Origin: an uncultured Acidimicrobiaceae bacterium
GTDB lineage: Bacteria > Actinomycetota > Acidimicrobiia > Spongiisociales > UBA5794
Assembly (NCBI GenBank): GCA_964416425.1
Contig: CAYQEC010000001.1
Span: 149,696 to 213,695 of the forward strand
Length of the DNA: 64,000 bases
Reading direction: 5' to 3'
Below are positions 1 through 9,311 of this stretch, piece by piece; positions within the stretch are counted from its first letter, which is position 1, and every line of letters begins with the position of its first letter. Made by a program: the position numbers and the translations under genes. A model generated the notes under the pieces. It did no database searches. It was given only the letters and a program-made list of their open reading frames with translations, and was not told where the DNA came from.

Positions 1-322
1 GGGCGGCCTGGGCGAGCAGCACCGGATGGCGGCGGATCGACTCGGTGACGCCGACGCCGAGGTGGAGGCGCCCCACCCGGGTCGCCAGGTGGCCGACGAG
101 CGACTGGTAGTCGAAGTAGGGGTGGGGGCTCGTCCCCGATTTGGCCATCCAGGAGAAGTCCCGGTCCCACAGCGCCGTGGGGTAGAAGCTCTGGAAGTGG
201 TCGACGGTCCAGGCCGCGTCGAACCCGAGGACGCGGGCGACCCGCACCAGCAGGTGCACTCGCCGTAGCGACGGGGCGGTGCCGACGCCGAGCCCGAGAG
301 AGACACGATGGGGATCGATCAT
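1..322 (-). CDS. LLM-class (probably F420-dependent) oxidoreductase, 5' part; runs off the left end
   Basis: Manual translation from ATG 322: MIDPHRVSLGLGVGTAPSLRRVHLLVRVARVLGFDAAWTVDHFQSFYPTALWD...LHLGVGVTESIRRHPVLLAQAA, with the luciferase-like W.vDH and GvgVTe..RRHP motifs. Not in the ORF track. Confidence 0.8.
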   Translation of the reverse strand, partial: MIDPHRVSLGLGVGTAPSLRRVHLLVRVARVLGFDAAWTVDHFQSFYPTALWDRDFSWMAKSGTSPHPYFDYQSLVGHLATRVGRLHLGVGVTESIRRHPVLLAQAA

Positions 323-332
323 GGCCGCCAGG

Positions 333-1175
333 CTAGGAGATCCCGGTCTCGTCGACGTTCCGGCGCCGTGCCGCGATCTCGAGGTGAGCCCGTGCCCGCG
401 CCACTCGCATCGTCTCCTCCGGGTAGGGGCCGGGGTCGTCGAGGGTGGCGTCCGGCGGGATGCCCGCCTCGGCGGCGCCGCGGGTGATGCGAGCCACCTC
501 CTCCAGCTCCCCTACCTGGGTCTGCACCGCCGCCCGGTCCATCAGGTCCCCGTGCCCCGGCACCACCGGCCCGGTGACGAGGCCGGCGAGCAGAGCTGCA
601 GTGCCGGCCCAGGCGATCGGGTAGGCGTCGCCGAAGGAGGGTGGCGCCCCCTCTTCGAACAGGTCGCCGGCGAACAGCACCCCGGTCCCCGGCACGGTGA
701 CGACGAGGTCCCCTTCGGTGTGGCCCCGGCCCAGGTAGCGAAGCTCGACACCGCGGTCACCGAGGTCGATGGTCGCCGCCTCGGCGCAGAGGTGCTCGGG
801 CAGCACGATCGGGAAGGCGGCGAACTCGTCCCGCTGCTCCGCCGGCACCAGCTCGGCACACCGCTCCCTGGTCTGCTCGCCCCGCTCCGCCAGGACCCGG
901 CGGCATTCGGGGTGGCCCCAGATGGCGGCGCCGGGGAACTCCCCGTTCCCGAACGTGTGGTCCCAGTGCCAGTGGGTGTTGAGCAGCCAGCGCACCGGGG
1001 CCGCGGTGAGTCGGGTCAGCTCACGGCGGACCTCGCGGGCCTGGGCCGGCGACTCGCGGCTGTCGATCACAAGGGCACCGCCGGCGCCGAGCACCACCCC
1101 GACGTTGAGGTCGAACGACCGGTAGCGGCGGCGGAACACCCCGTCGCCGATCTCCTGCCACGGTCCCGCCGTCAT
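333..1175 (-). CDS. MBL-fold metallo-hydrolase
   Basis: C-terminal part of track ORF 333..2600 from MTAGPWQEIG; motifs NTHWHWDHTFGN, GHTEGD, FAGDL, PGHG. Confidence 0.85.
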   Translation of the reverse strand: MTAGPWQEIGDGVFRRRYRSFDLNVGVVLGAGGALVIDSRESPAQAREVRRELTRLTAAPVRWLLNTHWHWDHTFGNGEFPGAAIWGHPECRRVLAERGEQTRERCAELVPAEQRDEFAAFPIVLPEHLCAEAATIDLGDRGVELRYLGRGHTEGDLVVTVPGTGVLFAGDLFEEGAPPSFGDAYPIAWAGTAALLAGLVTGPVVPGHGDLMDRAAVQTQVGELEEVARITRGAAEAGIPPDATLDDPGPYPEETMRVARARAHLEIAARRRNVDETGIS

Positions 1176-1201
1176 GAGCTCCTCTCGCCGGCCGGCCGAG
1201 G

Positions 1202-3286
1202 CTATCCCACCAGAGGCGTGCGATTCGGCCCGGCGAGGTCGACGCCCTCGAGGCCGTGATCGAGGATCGGGCGCAGCCGGGACGCCGGCATCGGCCGGCT
1301 GAAGTAGAACCCCTGGAACAGCCCACAGCCCAGGTTGGCGAAGAGGTCGACCTGCTCCCGGGTCTCGACGCCTTCGGCGATGACGTCGAGCCCGAGGCTG
1401 TGACCGAGGCCGATGATGGCCTCGGAGAGGCTGGCAGTGCCGGGATTGGCCACCGACTCGTCGACGAAGGACCGGTCGATCTTGATGGTGTCGAGCGGGA
1501 AGTCCTTCAGCTCGCTGAGCGACGAGTACCCGGAGCCGAAGTTGTCGATGGCGACCCGGACGCCCCGTTCCTGGAGCCGCTCCAAGGTGCGGCGGGCGAG
1601 GGCGTAGTCCTCCAGCAGCGTCTCTTCCTTGAATTCGAGGCCGAGCCGGCGGGCCTCGATGCCGGTACGGGAGAGGGCCCGGTCGACGATCTCGACCAGG
1701 TTGCCCCGCTGCAGCTGACGGGCCGAGATGTTCACCGACACCGACAGCTCCCCCAGTCCGGCCTTGTGCCATTCGGAGAGCTGGCGGCAGCCTTCGAACA
1801 GGGCCCATTCGCCGAGCGGGAGGATGAGATCGGTCTCCTCGGCCACCGACACGAAGCGCTCGGGGAGGACGAGGCCATGCTCGGGGTGGTCCCACCGGGC
1901 CAGGGCCTCGACCCCTTGCACCGCCCCGGTGGCGATGTCGACCCACGGCTGGTACACGAGGGTGAGCCCCTCCTCGACCTCGAGGGCGCGGCGCAGGCCG
2001 TCGATGAGGCGGAGCCGCTCCGAGGTCTGCTGCCGCAGCTCGGGGGTGAAGTACTGGTAGGTGTTCATGCCGGCGGCCTTGGCGCTGTACATGGCGATGT
2101 CGGCGTCCCGCAGCAGCGCCTCGGCGTCGTCGCCGTCGATCGGGTAGAGGGCGATGCCGATGGAGGCGGTGACCCGCAGCTCCCGGTCCCGCACCCGGTA
2201 CGGCTCCTCGAGGGTGCGCAGGATCTTGGTGGCCACCTGCCCGGCATCCTCGACCCGCTGGCTCCCTTCGAGGATGACGGTGAACTCGTCGCCGCCGATG
2301 CGGGCGACGCTGTCGGTGGCGCGGACCGAGGAGACGAGGCGGCGGGCCACCTGTTGCAGCAGCTCGTCGCCGATGTTGTGGCCGTAGCGGTCGTTGATGG
2401 TCTTGAATTCGTCGAGGTCGACGAACATCAGCGCCACCAGGCGGCCGTCGCGGTGGGAACGGATGATGGCGTTGTGGAGGCGATCGCCGAACAACACGCG
2501 ATTGATGAGCCCGGTGAGAGGATCGAAGCGCGCCACGTAGTTGAGCTTGCGGCGATCGGCCTCCCGTGTCGCCTCCCACTCCCGGTCCCGGATGCGCCAC
2601 TGACGGCGGATCGCCCGGGCGGCGGGTCGGAACAGGAAGAGCCCCTCGGCGAGGAGCATCACGATCGTCAGCGCCAGCAGTCCGAACACGAAGTTGCGCA
2701 GCATGGCGACCTGCCTCTCGGCGTCGGCGCCGAGCCGGGAGACGATGGCCCCCATGCCGGCGGCGTAACGATTGGATGCGGTCTCCACCTGCACGGCGTC
2801 GCCGACCTCGATCGGGTCGCCGGCGTCGTGGGTTCCCAGCATCATCTCACCGACCTCGACGAGACGCTGGTAGTCGGGGAACGCCGCGGCGCGGAGTCCT
2901 TCCAGGTCGCCGTTGGCGGTGCCCGCCACGCCGTCCTCGGGAAGGAACGGCTCCTGGTTGACGACGAGCTGCTCCAGGGCGTGTGACAGGTCGGCGACGA
3001 CGGTGTCTGCCGCACCTCCGGAGGCGGAAGCGAGCTCCCGGGCCGTGTCGGCGACCCGGCGGCTGAGCAGGATCTGCCCGGCGGCCTCGCTCAACTCGGA
3101 GGCGTCCCGCCGTTGGTGCCCGAGGGCGTAGGAGACGAGGAACGTGCCGACGATGGCGACGAGGGCGAGCAGGCTGAGGCCGATGACGTAACGCCCGGCC
3201 GGCCGGGGCGGCAGAGTGCCGGCAGGGGAAGTGGCCCCTGAAGGGACGGCCGCTTCAGGCACACCGGGCGTGTGCTCACCATCCAT
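1202..3286 (-). CDS. Membrane-anchored GGDEF-EAL protein with PilJ/NarX-like extracytoplasmic sensor
   Basis: Two TM segments flanking a helical sensor; DPLTGLINR, RATD I-site, GGDEF, EAL, DTIKIDRSFV, AEGVE motifs. Confidence 0.9.
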   Translation of the reverse strand: MDGEHTPGVPEAAVPSGATSPAGTLPPRPAGRYVIGLSLLALVAIVGTFLVSYALGHQRRDASELSEAAGQILLSRRVADTARELASASGGAADTVVADLSHALEQLVVNQEPFLPEDGVAGTANGDLEGLRAAAFPDYQRLVEVGEMMLGTHDAGDPIEVGDAVQVETASNRYAAGMGAIVSRLGADAERQVAMLRNFVFGLLALTIVMLLAEGLFLFRPAARAIRRQWRIRDREWEATREADRRKLNYVARFDPLTGLINRVLFGDRLHNAIIRSHRDGRLVALMFVDLDEFKTINDRYGHNIGDELLQQVARRLVSSVRATDSVARIGGDEFTVILEGSQRVEDAGQVATKILRTLEEPYRVRDRELRVTASIGIALYPIDGDDAEALLRDADIAMYSAKAAGMNTYQYFTPELRQQTSERLRLIDGLRRALEVEEGLTLVYQPWVDIATGAVQGVEALARWDHPEHGLVLPERFVSVAEETDLILPLGEWALFEGCRQLSEWHKAGLGELSVSVNISARQLQRGNLVEIVDRALSRTGIEARRLGLEFKEETLLEDYALARRTLERLQERGVRVAIDNFGSGYSSLSELKDFPLDTIKIDRSFVDESVANPGTASLSEAIIGLGHSLGLDVIAEGVETREQVDLFANLGCGLFQGFYFSRPMPASRLRPILDHGLEGVDLAGPNRTPLVG

Positions 3287-3400
3287 TGACTACCTCTGGC
3301 TACTCGTCGCCGCTCGATCGGAACCCGCGTCCTTTCGTCCGTATCGGTCGCGGCCGGCCCGGAATTGAACGTTAACTGCAGATCGGGGCCCGAAATCCCC

Positions 3401-4855
3401 TCATTCCTCGGGGATATCGGGGGTCTTCTCCCAGATGCCGCTGTCGAGGTACTCGCAGATGGAGGCGGCGGCGCGGCGCCCGGCCCCCATCGCCAGAATG
3501 ACGGTGGCCCCGCCGGTGACGATGTCGCCGCCGGCGAAGACCCCGACTTTGGGGGTGCGTCCCGTTTCCGGGTCGGCGACCAGGGTCCCCCAGGCGGTCT
3601 CCTCGAGGTCGGGTGCCGTCTTCTGGATGAGCGGGTTGGGGCGGTTGCCGATCGCCACCACCGCGGCGTCGATGGGGAGGTCGAAGACATCGCCCTCGAC
3701 GGGTTGGGGGCGGCGCCGCCCGCTGTCGTCCGGCTCTCCCAGCTCCATGCGCTGCAGCTTCACCCCGGTGAGCCAGCCCGCGTCGTTGCCCTCCAGCTCC
3801 AGCGGGGCCACCAGGATCATGAACTCGATGCCCTCGGCCTTGGCGTGCTCCACTTCCTCGGCGCGGGCCGGCATCTCGGCCTCGGAGCGCCGGTAGAGAA
3901 TCATGGCCCGGGCCGCCCCGAGCCGTTTGGCGGTGCGGACCGCGTCCATGGCGGTGTTGCCGCCCCCGAACACCGCCACGTTCTTCTGGTAGAGGTCGAG
4001 CAGCGGGGTCTCGGCCGCCTCGGCGTAGGCCTTCATGAGGTTGACCCTGGTGAGGAACTCGTTAGCCGAGTACACGCCGATCAGGTTCTCCCCCGGCACG
4101 TCGAGGAACCGCGGCAAGCCGGCGCCGACCCCGATGAAGACGGCGTCGAAGCCCTCGACCTCGAACAGCTCGTCGATGGTGTCGATCATGCCGATCACCG
4201 CGTTCGTCTCGAACTGCACCCCCATCGTGGCGAGCTGGTCGATCTCGGTGCGGACGATCTCTTTAGGGAGGCGGAACTGGGGAATGCCGTAGACGAGGAC
4301 CCCGCCCAGCTCGTGGAGCGCCTCGAACACGGTGACGTCGTGGCCGGCCTTGATGAGGTCGGTGGCGCAGGCGAGCCCGGACGGGCCGCTGCCGACGACG
4401 GCGACCTTCTTGCCGGTCTTCACCTCCACCGGAGTGATGTCGGGCCCGCCGTGCTCCCGTTCGTGATCGGCGACGAAGCGCTCCAGGTAGCCGATGGCGA
4501 CCGGGCGGTACTTCTTGGCGAGCACGCAGGCGCCCTCGCACTGCTCCTCCTGGGGGCAGACCCGCCCGCAGATCGCCGGCAGCGAATTGTCGCGTTTGAT
4601 GACGCCGACGGCGTCGTCGAAGCGGCTCTCGGCGACGAGGCGGACGAATTCCCGGATGTCGACGCCGACCGGACAGCCCTCCATGCAGGTGGGATGGGCG
4701 CACAGCAGGCAGCGTTCCGCCTCGGCCACCGCGGCTTCGGCGGAGAGGCCGAGGTTGACCTCTTCGAAGTTGACGGCACGCGCCGCCGGATCCTGCTCCG
4801 GCATCTCTTGCCGGGGTAACTTCATGCGCTCGCGACGGGTGAGCTCACGGGCCAT
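3401..4855 (-). CDS. nfnB: NfnB/SudA-like (GltD-family) NADPH-dependent Fe-S flavoprotein, large subunit
   Basis: CLLCAHPTCMEGCPV and CGRVCPQEEQCEGAC Cys clusters; GSGPSGL and GGGNTAMD Rossmann motifs; TGATG overlap with nfnA. Confidence 0.85.
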   Translation of the reverse strand: MARELTRRERMKLPRQEMPEQDPAARAVNFEEVNLGLSAEAAVAEAERCLLCAHPTCMEGCPVGVDIREFVRLVAESRFDDAVGVIKRDNSLPAICGRVCPQEEQCEGACVLAKKYRPVAIGYLERFVADHEREHGGPDITPVEVKTGKKVAVVGSGPSGLACATDLIKAGHDVTVFEALHELGGVLVYGIPQFRLPKEIVRTEIDQLATMGVQFETNAVIGMIDTIDELFEVEGFDAVFIGVGAGLPRFLDVPGENLIGVYSANEFLTRVNLMKAYAEAAETPLLDLYQKNVAVFGGGNTAMDAVRTAKRLGAARAMILYRRSEAEMPARAEEVEHAKAEGIEFMILVAPLELEGNDAGWLTGVKLQRMELGEPDDSGRRRPQPVEGDVFDLPIDAAVVAIGNRPNPLIQKTAPDLEETAWGTLVADPETGRTPKVGVFAGGDIVTGGATVILAMGAGRRAAASICEYLDSGIWEKTPDIPEE

Positions 4856-5712
4856 CACGACACCTCCGTCCCGGCGAGGCGGCATTCCCGGGCCGCTTCG
4901 AACTCCTCGCGCCGGAAGTGCTCGAAGGCGGCGTAGGCGGTGTTGCGGCGTGCCAGCAGGTCGAAGTCGACCAGGTGGGCGTCGAATTCGGGCCCGTCGA
5001 CGCAAGCGAACTTGGTCTCACCGCCGACCATGACCCGGCACCCGCCGCACATGCCGGTGCCGTCCACCATGATGGGGTTGAGGCTGACCATGGTCTTGAT
5101 GCCGTGGGGGCGGGTCACCTCGGCGACTGCCCGCATCATCGGCACCGGGCCGATGGCCATCACGTAGTCGATCTTCCTTCCCTCGTCGATGAGGTCGGTG
5201 AGCTTGGAGGTCACGAACCCGTGGTAGCCGTAGCTGCCGTCGTCGGTGGTGGGGTACACCTCGGCGCAGACGGCGGCCATCTCGGATTCGAGGATGACGT
5301 ATTCCTTGCTGCGGCCGCCGATGATGGCGATCACGTCGTTGCCGCCGGCGGCGAGGGCGACCGCGGTGGGGTAGGCGATGGCGGTGCCGACGCCGCCGCC
5401 GATGACGACGGCGGTGCCGTACTGCTCGATCTCCGAGGGCATGCCGAGGGGCCCGGCGAGGTCCTGGATGGTGTCGCCGGCTTCGAGGAGGTTGAGGGTC
5501 TTGGTGGTCTTGCCGATGCCCTGGACGATGAGGGCGATCCAGCCCTGCTCGGGGTCGCCGTCGGCGATGGTGAGCGGGATCCGCTCCGACTCGGGATTGG
5601 GGCGCAGGATGACGAACTGGCCCGCCTTGCGCTTACGGGCGATCTTGGGCGCCTCGATCCGGAGGTACTTGACCTCCGGGGCGAGGAATCTTGTTTCGAT
5701 GACGCGATTCAT
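4855..5712 (-). CDS. nfnA: NfnA/SudB-like FAD/NAD-binding [2Fe-2S] subunit (PyrK family)
   Basis: GQFVIL...ERIPLTIAD, GGGVG, MVDGTGMCGGCRV...FACVDGPEFD motifs. Confidence 0.88.
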   Translation of the reverse strand: MNRVIETRFLAPEVKYLRIEAPKIARKRKAGQFVILRPNPESERIPLTIADGDPEQGWIALIVQGIGKTTKTLNLLEAGDTIQDLAGPLGMPSEIEQYGTAVVIGGGVGTAIAYPTAVALAAGGNDVIAIIGGRSKEYVILESEMAAVCAEVYPTTDDGSYGYHGFVTSKLTDLIDEGRKIDYVMAIGPVPMMRAVAEVTRPHGIKTMVSLNPIMVDGTGMCGGCRVMVGGETKFACVDGPEFDAHLVDFDLLARRNTAYAAFEHFRREEFEAARECRLAGTEVS

Positions 5713-5832
5713 GACTCTGGCCTCCGGTTCTGTCCCTCCAGTGTGGGGCCGGGCGGGGGACGCGCCTAGGGGCTGAAGGACCCGCCGTCAGCATCCGGTC
5801 GGCGGTAGCGGGTGCGGCGTTGACGCAAACGG

Positions 5833-5918
5833 TGCCCGGGGAGGGACTCGAACCCCCACGCCCCCGAAGGGACAGCGGATTTTAAGTCCGCCGCGTCTAC
5901 CAGTTACGCCACCCGGGC
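5833..5918 (-). tRNA. tRNA-Leu(TAA)
   Basis: GCCCGGG/CCCGGGC acceptor stem, anticodon arm GCGGA-CTTAAAA-TCCGC, long variable arm, GGTTCGAGTCC T-loop; CCA not encoded. Confidence 0.95.
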
Positions 5919-6025
5919 GACGCCCGCAGCGTACCTGCCTCGACCGGGGCCTCGTCTGGAGTGAGGACCCCCCTCTCGGGTAGTCTCGTGGTCCGACAAC
6001 CATCGACCCCACGGAGGATCCGGCT

Positions 6026-8092
6026 GTGAAGGTGTACCCGCCCGAGAAGATTCGCAACGTCGCGCTCGTCGGTCACAGCGGATCCGGGAAGACGACCCTC
6101 GCCGAGGCCCTCCTCTTCCGTGCCGGCGCCATCGGCCGGCTCGGCCGGGTCGAGGACGGCACCACCGTCACCGATTTCGACCCGGAGGAACACAAACGCG
6201 GCATCTCGCTGTCGCTGGCCACCGCTCCCTTCGAGTGGAAGGGCCACAAGATCAACCTGATCGACACGCCGGGCTATGCCGATTTTGTCGGTGACGTCGA
6301 CGCCGCCCTCCGGGTTGCCGACCTCGCCGTGTTCGTGATCAGCGCCGCCGACGGCGTCGAGGTGGGGGCCGAGACGGCGTGGCGGGAGGCCGAGAAGCTC
6401 GGGCTGCCCCGCATGATCTTCATCAACAAGCTCGACAAGGAACAGGCGTCGTTCGACCGCACCCTGCAGCAGCTCCGGGACCGCTTCGGCGCCGGGATCG
6501 CCCCGATCGAGCTGCCGATCGGGCAACAGGCCGACTTCCACGGCGTCGCCGACCTGTTCCGGGACAAGGCGTACGTCTACGACAGCGGCACGGCGGTGGA
6601 GGCCGAGATCCCGGCCGAGATGGAGAGCCGGGAGCACGAGGTCCGCGACAACCTGGTCGAGGGCATCGTGGTGGCGGACGACGAGCAGCTGGAGCGTTAC
6701 CTGGAGGGGGAGATCCCGTCGGTCCAGGAGTTGGAGAAGACGATGGCCCTCGGGGTCGCCGCCGGCACGGTGTTCCCGGTGGTGTGCGGCTCGGCGACCG
6801 GGCCCATCGCCGTCGACCGGCTCGCCGACTTCATCGTCGAGATCGGGCCGTCGCCGGCGTCCCGCCCCAAGGTCGAGGTCAAAGCAGGCAACGAGACCGT
6901 GGAGATCGAGGGAAGCCCGTCGGGCGATCCGCTGGCGCTGGTGTTCAAGACGATCACGGATCCCTATGTGGGCCAGATCTCCTACTTCCGGGTGTTGTCG
7001 GGGACGATCAAGGCCGAGGACGTGCTCCACAACACCCGTAGCGGGGCCGACGAGCGCTTCGCCAAGGTGGCGGTGATGATCGGCAAGGAGTCGGAGCTGG
7101 TGCCATCGCTGCCCGCCGGGGACCTGGGGGTCGTCGCCAAGCTCAACGAGACCGCCACCGGCGACACCCTCGCCCCCAAGCACAAGCCGGTCACGGTGCG
7201 CCCCATCGCCCACCCCGAGCCGGTGCTCGCCATCGCCATCCATGCCCGCACCCAGGCCGACGACGACAAGCTCGCCAACTCGCTGCGGCGCCTTCAGGAG
7301 GAGGACCCGTCAATCCGGGTCGAGCGCAACGACGAGACGAAGCAGACGCTGCTGCGGGGTATGGGGGAGACCCACCTCACCATCACCATCGAGCGCCTCG
7401 CCCGCAAGTTCGGGGTCGAGGTCGACACCGAGCCGGCCAGGGTCGCCTACCGGGAGACGATCACCGGCTCCGCCGACGCCGAGGGCAAGTACAAGAAGCA
7501 GAGCGGCGGCCGGGGCCAGTTCGGGGTGGCCTTCCTCCGGGTCGAGCCGACCCAGCGTGGCGAAGGTTTCGAGTTCGTCGACGAGATCAAGGGCGGCTCG
7601 ATCCCCCGCCAGTTCATCCCGGCGGTCGAGCACGGCATCCGGGAGACCATGGCCGACGGCGGCGTCCACGGCTTCCCGGTCGTCGACGTGCGGGTCCGCT
7701 GCTATGACGGCAAGTACCACTCGGTCGACTCCTCCGAGATGAGCTTCAAGATGGCGGGGCGGCTCGGGTTCAAGGCCGCCATGGCCAAGGCCGGGCCGAT
7801 CATCCTGGAGCCGATCTCGAAGATCTCGGTGACGGTGCCGTCGAACTACCAGGGTGACGTGATGGGTGATCTGTCGTCACGGCGGGGCCAGGTGCAGGGC
7901 ACCGAGGCCGCCGCCGGAGGCCGGCAGCGCATCACGGCGCTGGTGCCGTCCTCGGAGATCCTCAGCTACGCCATCGACCTGCGGTCCCTCACCCAGGGTT
8001 GGGGCAGCTTCACCGCCGAGCACGATCACTACCAGGAGCTGCCGTCGCACCTGGTCGATCGGGCCCTCGCCTCGCTCGAGGACGACGACTGA
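6026..8092 (+). CDS. Elongation factor G-like protein (EF-G2 paralog)
   Basis: GHSGSGKTT, DTPGYADF, NKLD G-motifs; KKQSGGRGQFG and YHSVDSSEMSF domain IV motifs; KIRNVALVGH N-terminus typical of EF-G2; not in an rpsL-rpsG-tuf context. Confidence 0.9.
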   Translation: MKVYPPEKIRNVALVGHSGSGKTTLAEALLFRAGAIGRLGRVEDGTTVTDFDPEEHKRGISLSLATAPFEWKGHKINLIDTPGYADFVGDVDAALRVADLAVFVISAADGVEVGAETAWREAEKLGLPRMIFINKLDKEQASFDRTLQQLRDRFGAGIAPIELPIGQQADFHGVADLFRDKAYVYDSGTAVEAEIPAEMESREHEVRDNLVEGIVVADDEQLERYLEGEIPSVQELEKTMALGVAAGTVFPVVCGSATGPIAVDRLADFIVEIGPSPASRPKVEVKAGNETVEIEGSPSGDPLALVFKTITDPYVGQISYFRVLSGTIKAEDVLHNTRSGADERFAKVAVMIGKESELVPSLPAGDLGVVAKLNETATGDTLAPKHKPVTVRPIAHPEPVLAIAIHARTQADDDKLANSLRRLQEEDPSIRVERNDETKQTLLRGMGETHLTITIERLARKFGVEVDTEPARVAYRETITGSADAEGKYKKQSGGRGQFGVAFLRVEPTQRGEGFEFVDEIKGGSIPRQFIPAVEHGIRETMADGGVHGFPVVDVRVRCYDGKYHSVDSSEMSFKMAGRLGFKAAMAKAGPIILEPISKISVTVPSNYQGDVMGDLSSRRGQVQGTEAAAGGRQRITALVPSSEILSYAIDLRSLTQGWGSFTAEHDHYQELPSHLVDRALASLEDDD

Positions 8093-8097
8093 GCGGC

Positions 8098-8805
8098 GTG
8101 GCGGACCTGCCCGGCCCCGACGACGATCTGCTTGCCGAGCAGCTCGCCTACTACCGGGCCCGGGCTCCCGAGTACGACGAGTGGTGGGAGCGGCGGGGCC
8201 GCTTCGACCGGGGACCGGAGCTGAACGAGGCCTGGTACCGCGAAGTCGCCGAGCTGGAGGCGGCGATCGACGCCCTCGGGCCGTTCGGCGACACCCTGGA
8301 GCTGGCGTGCGGCACCGGGATCTGGACCCGGCGCCTCCGGCCCCAGGCCGCCACCCTCACCGCGGTCGATGCCAGCGAGGAGATGATCGGCCTCAACCGG
8401 GCCCGGCTCGGGGACGACTCGATCGAGTACCTCACCGCCAACCTGTTCGGCTGGATGCCGCCGCGGCGCTTCGACACGGTGTTCTTCTCGTTCTGGCTCT
8501 CCCACGTACCCCCGGAGCGGTTCGAGGCCTTCTGGGGACTGGTGGGCCGCGCCCTGGGCCCGGGTGGCCGAGCCGTCTTCGTCGACAACCAGTGGATCGA
8601 ATCGGCGACGTCCCTCGGGGGTCGTCTCGGTGACCGGGACTCCACCTCGGTGGAGCGTCAGCTCAACGACGGGCACTGGTACCGCATCGTCAAGGTCTTC
8701 CACGAGCCGGCGGAGTTGGCGCAGCGACTCGGCGGCCTCGGTTGGGAGGCCCGGATCACCGCGACCGCCCAGTACTTCATCTACGGCGAGGCGTCCCCGG
8801 GGTAG
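8098..8805 (+). CDS. Class I SAM-dependent methyltransferase
   Basis: YYRARAPEYDEWW N-terminus; LELACGTGIWT SAM motif; FFSFWLSHVP. GTG start at 8098 chosen. Confidence 0.85.
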   Translation: MADLPGPDDDLLAEQLAYYRARAPEYDEWWERRGRFDRGPELNEAWYREVAELEAAIDALGPFGDTLELACGTGIWTRRLRPQAATLTAVDASEEMIGLNRARLGDDSIEYLTANLFGWMPPRRFDTVFFSFWLSHVPPERFEAFWGLVGRALGPGGRAVFVDNQWIESATSLGGRLGDRDSTSVERQLNDGHWYRIVKVFHEPAELAQRLGGLGWEARITATAQYFIYGEASPG

Positions 8806-9278
8806 GAGTCCTCGGTCATCGTCATCGTGGAGACGACCCGGTCACCGGCCCGGGTGACGACCTTGACCGGCATCCCGGGACGGTCGTCGGCGAACCAGAA
8901 GGTACGGACGGTCTCGCCGTCGTCGACGGTGTAGCGGAGGCATCTCATGACGCCGAGCGGCGTCTCGATCGTCTCCCGTTCGATCCTGGTGCGCTCCACC
9001 GGGAACGAGGCGTGCGCCTGGAACTCCTCCCACCGGGTCCGCTCCGCCGTCGCCGGCTGCAGGGGCTCCCCGTCGAGAGAGAATCGCTGCCCCTCCTGTT
9101 CGGCGCCCTCCTCGTCACAGGAGAGGAAACGCACCACTCGCAGGGAGGCGGGCTCGTCCGCCGGCTCGACGAGGAGCCGCATCGTCCGGCCCGGCGGGCA
9201 GCCGTGGCGGATCTCGGCGGACGAGAACGGTGTCGGCGCATGGCCGGGGGCCATCAGATGAGGATCATCTCTGGTCAT
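8781..9278 (-). CDS. Conserved hypothetical protein
   Basis: Protein-like ORF (APTPFSSAEIR.GCP.GR ... TFWFA...PGMPV) co-oriented with the eno-ftsB-DUF501 run. Confidence 0.65.
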   Translation of the reverse strand: MTRDDPHLMAPGHAPTPFSSAEIRHGCPPGRTMRLLVEPADEPASLRVVRFLSCDEEGAEQEGQRFSLDGEPLQPATAERTRWEEFQAHASFPVERTRIERETIETPLGVMRCLRYTVDDGETVRTFWFADDRPGMPVKVVTRAGDRVVSTMTMTEDSYPGDASP

Positions 9279-9311
9279 GGATGTCCATTCTGCTCCAGCG
9301 CTGACCCGCCC

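Noticed and set aside
333-2600. 755-aa ORF suggesting an MBL fusion protein
   Set aside because: The N-terminal ~475 aa is an Arg/Pro-rich alternative frame of the GGDEF-EAL gene; the real MBL gene starts at 1175.
3287-3400. Possible c-di-GMP riboswitch in the leader of the GGDEF-EAL gene (GAAAGGACGC segment)
   Set aside because: Only a partial resemblance; the GGCAAA, GCAAAGC and P1 pairing could not be built. An Rfam scan would settle it.
3401-4855. Annotation as glutamate synthase small subunit tied to the amt-glnK-glnD nitrogen locus
   Set aside because: Paired with a PyrK-like subunit rather than GltB, and no GlnR box seen upstream; NfnAB fits better.
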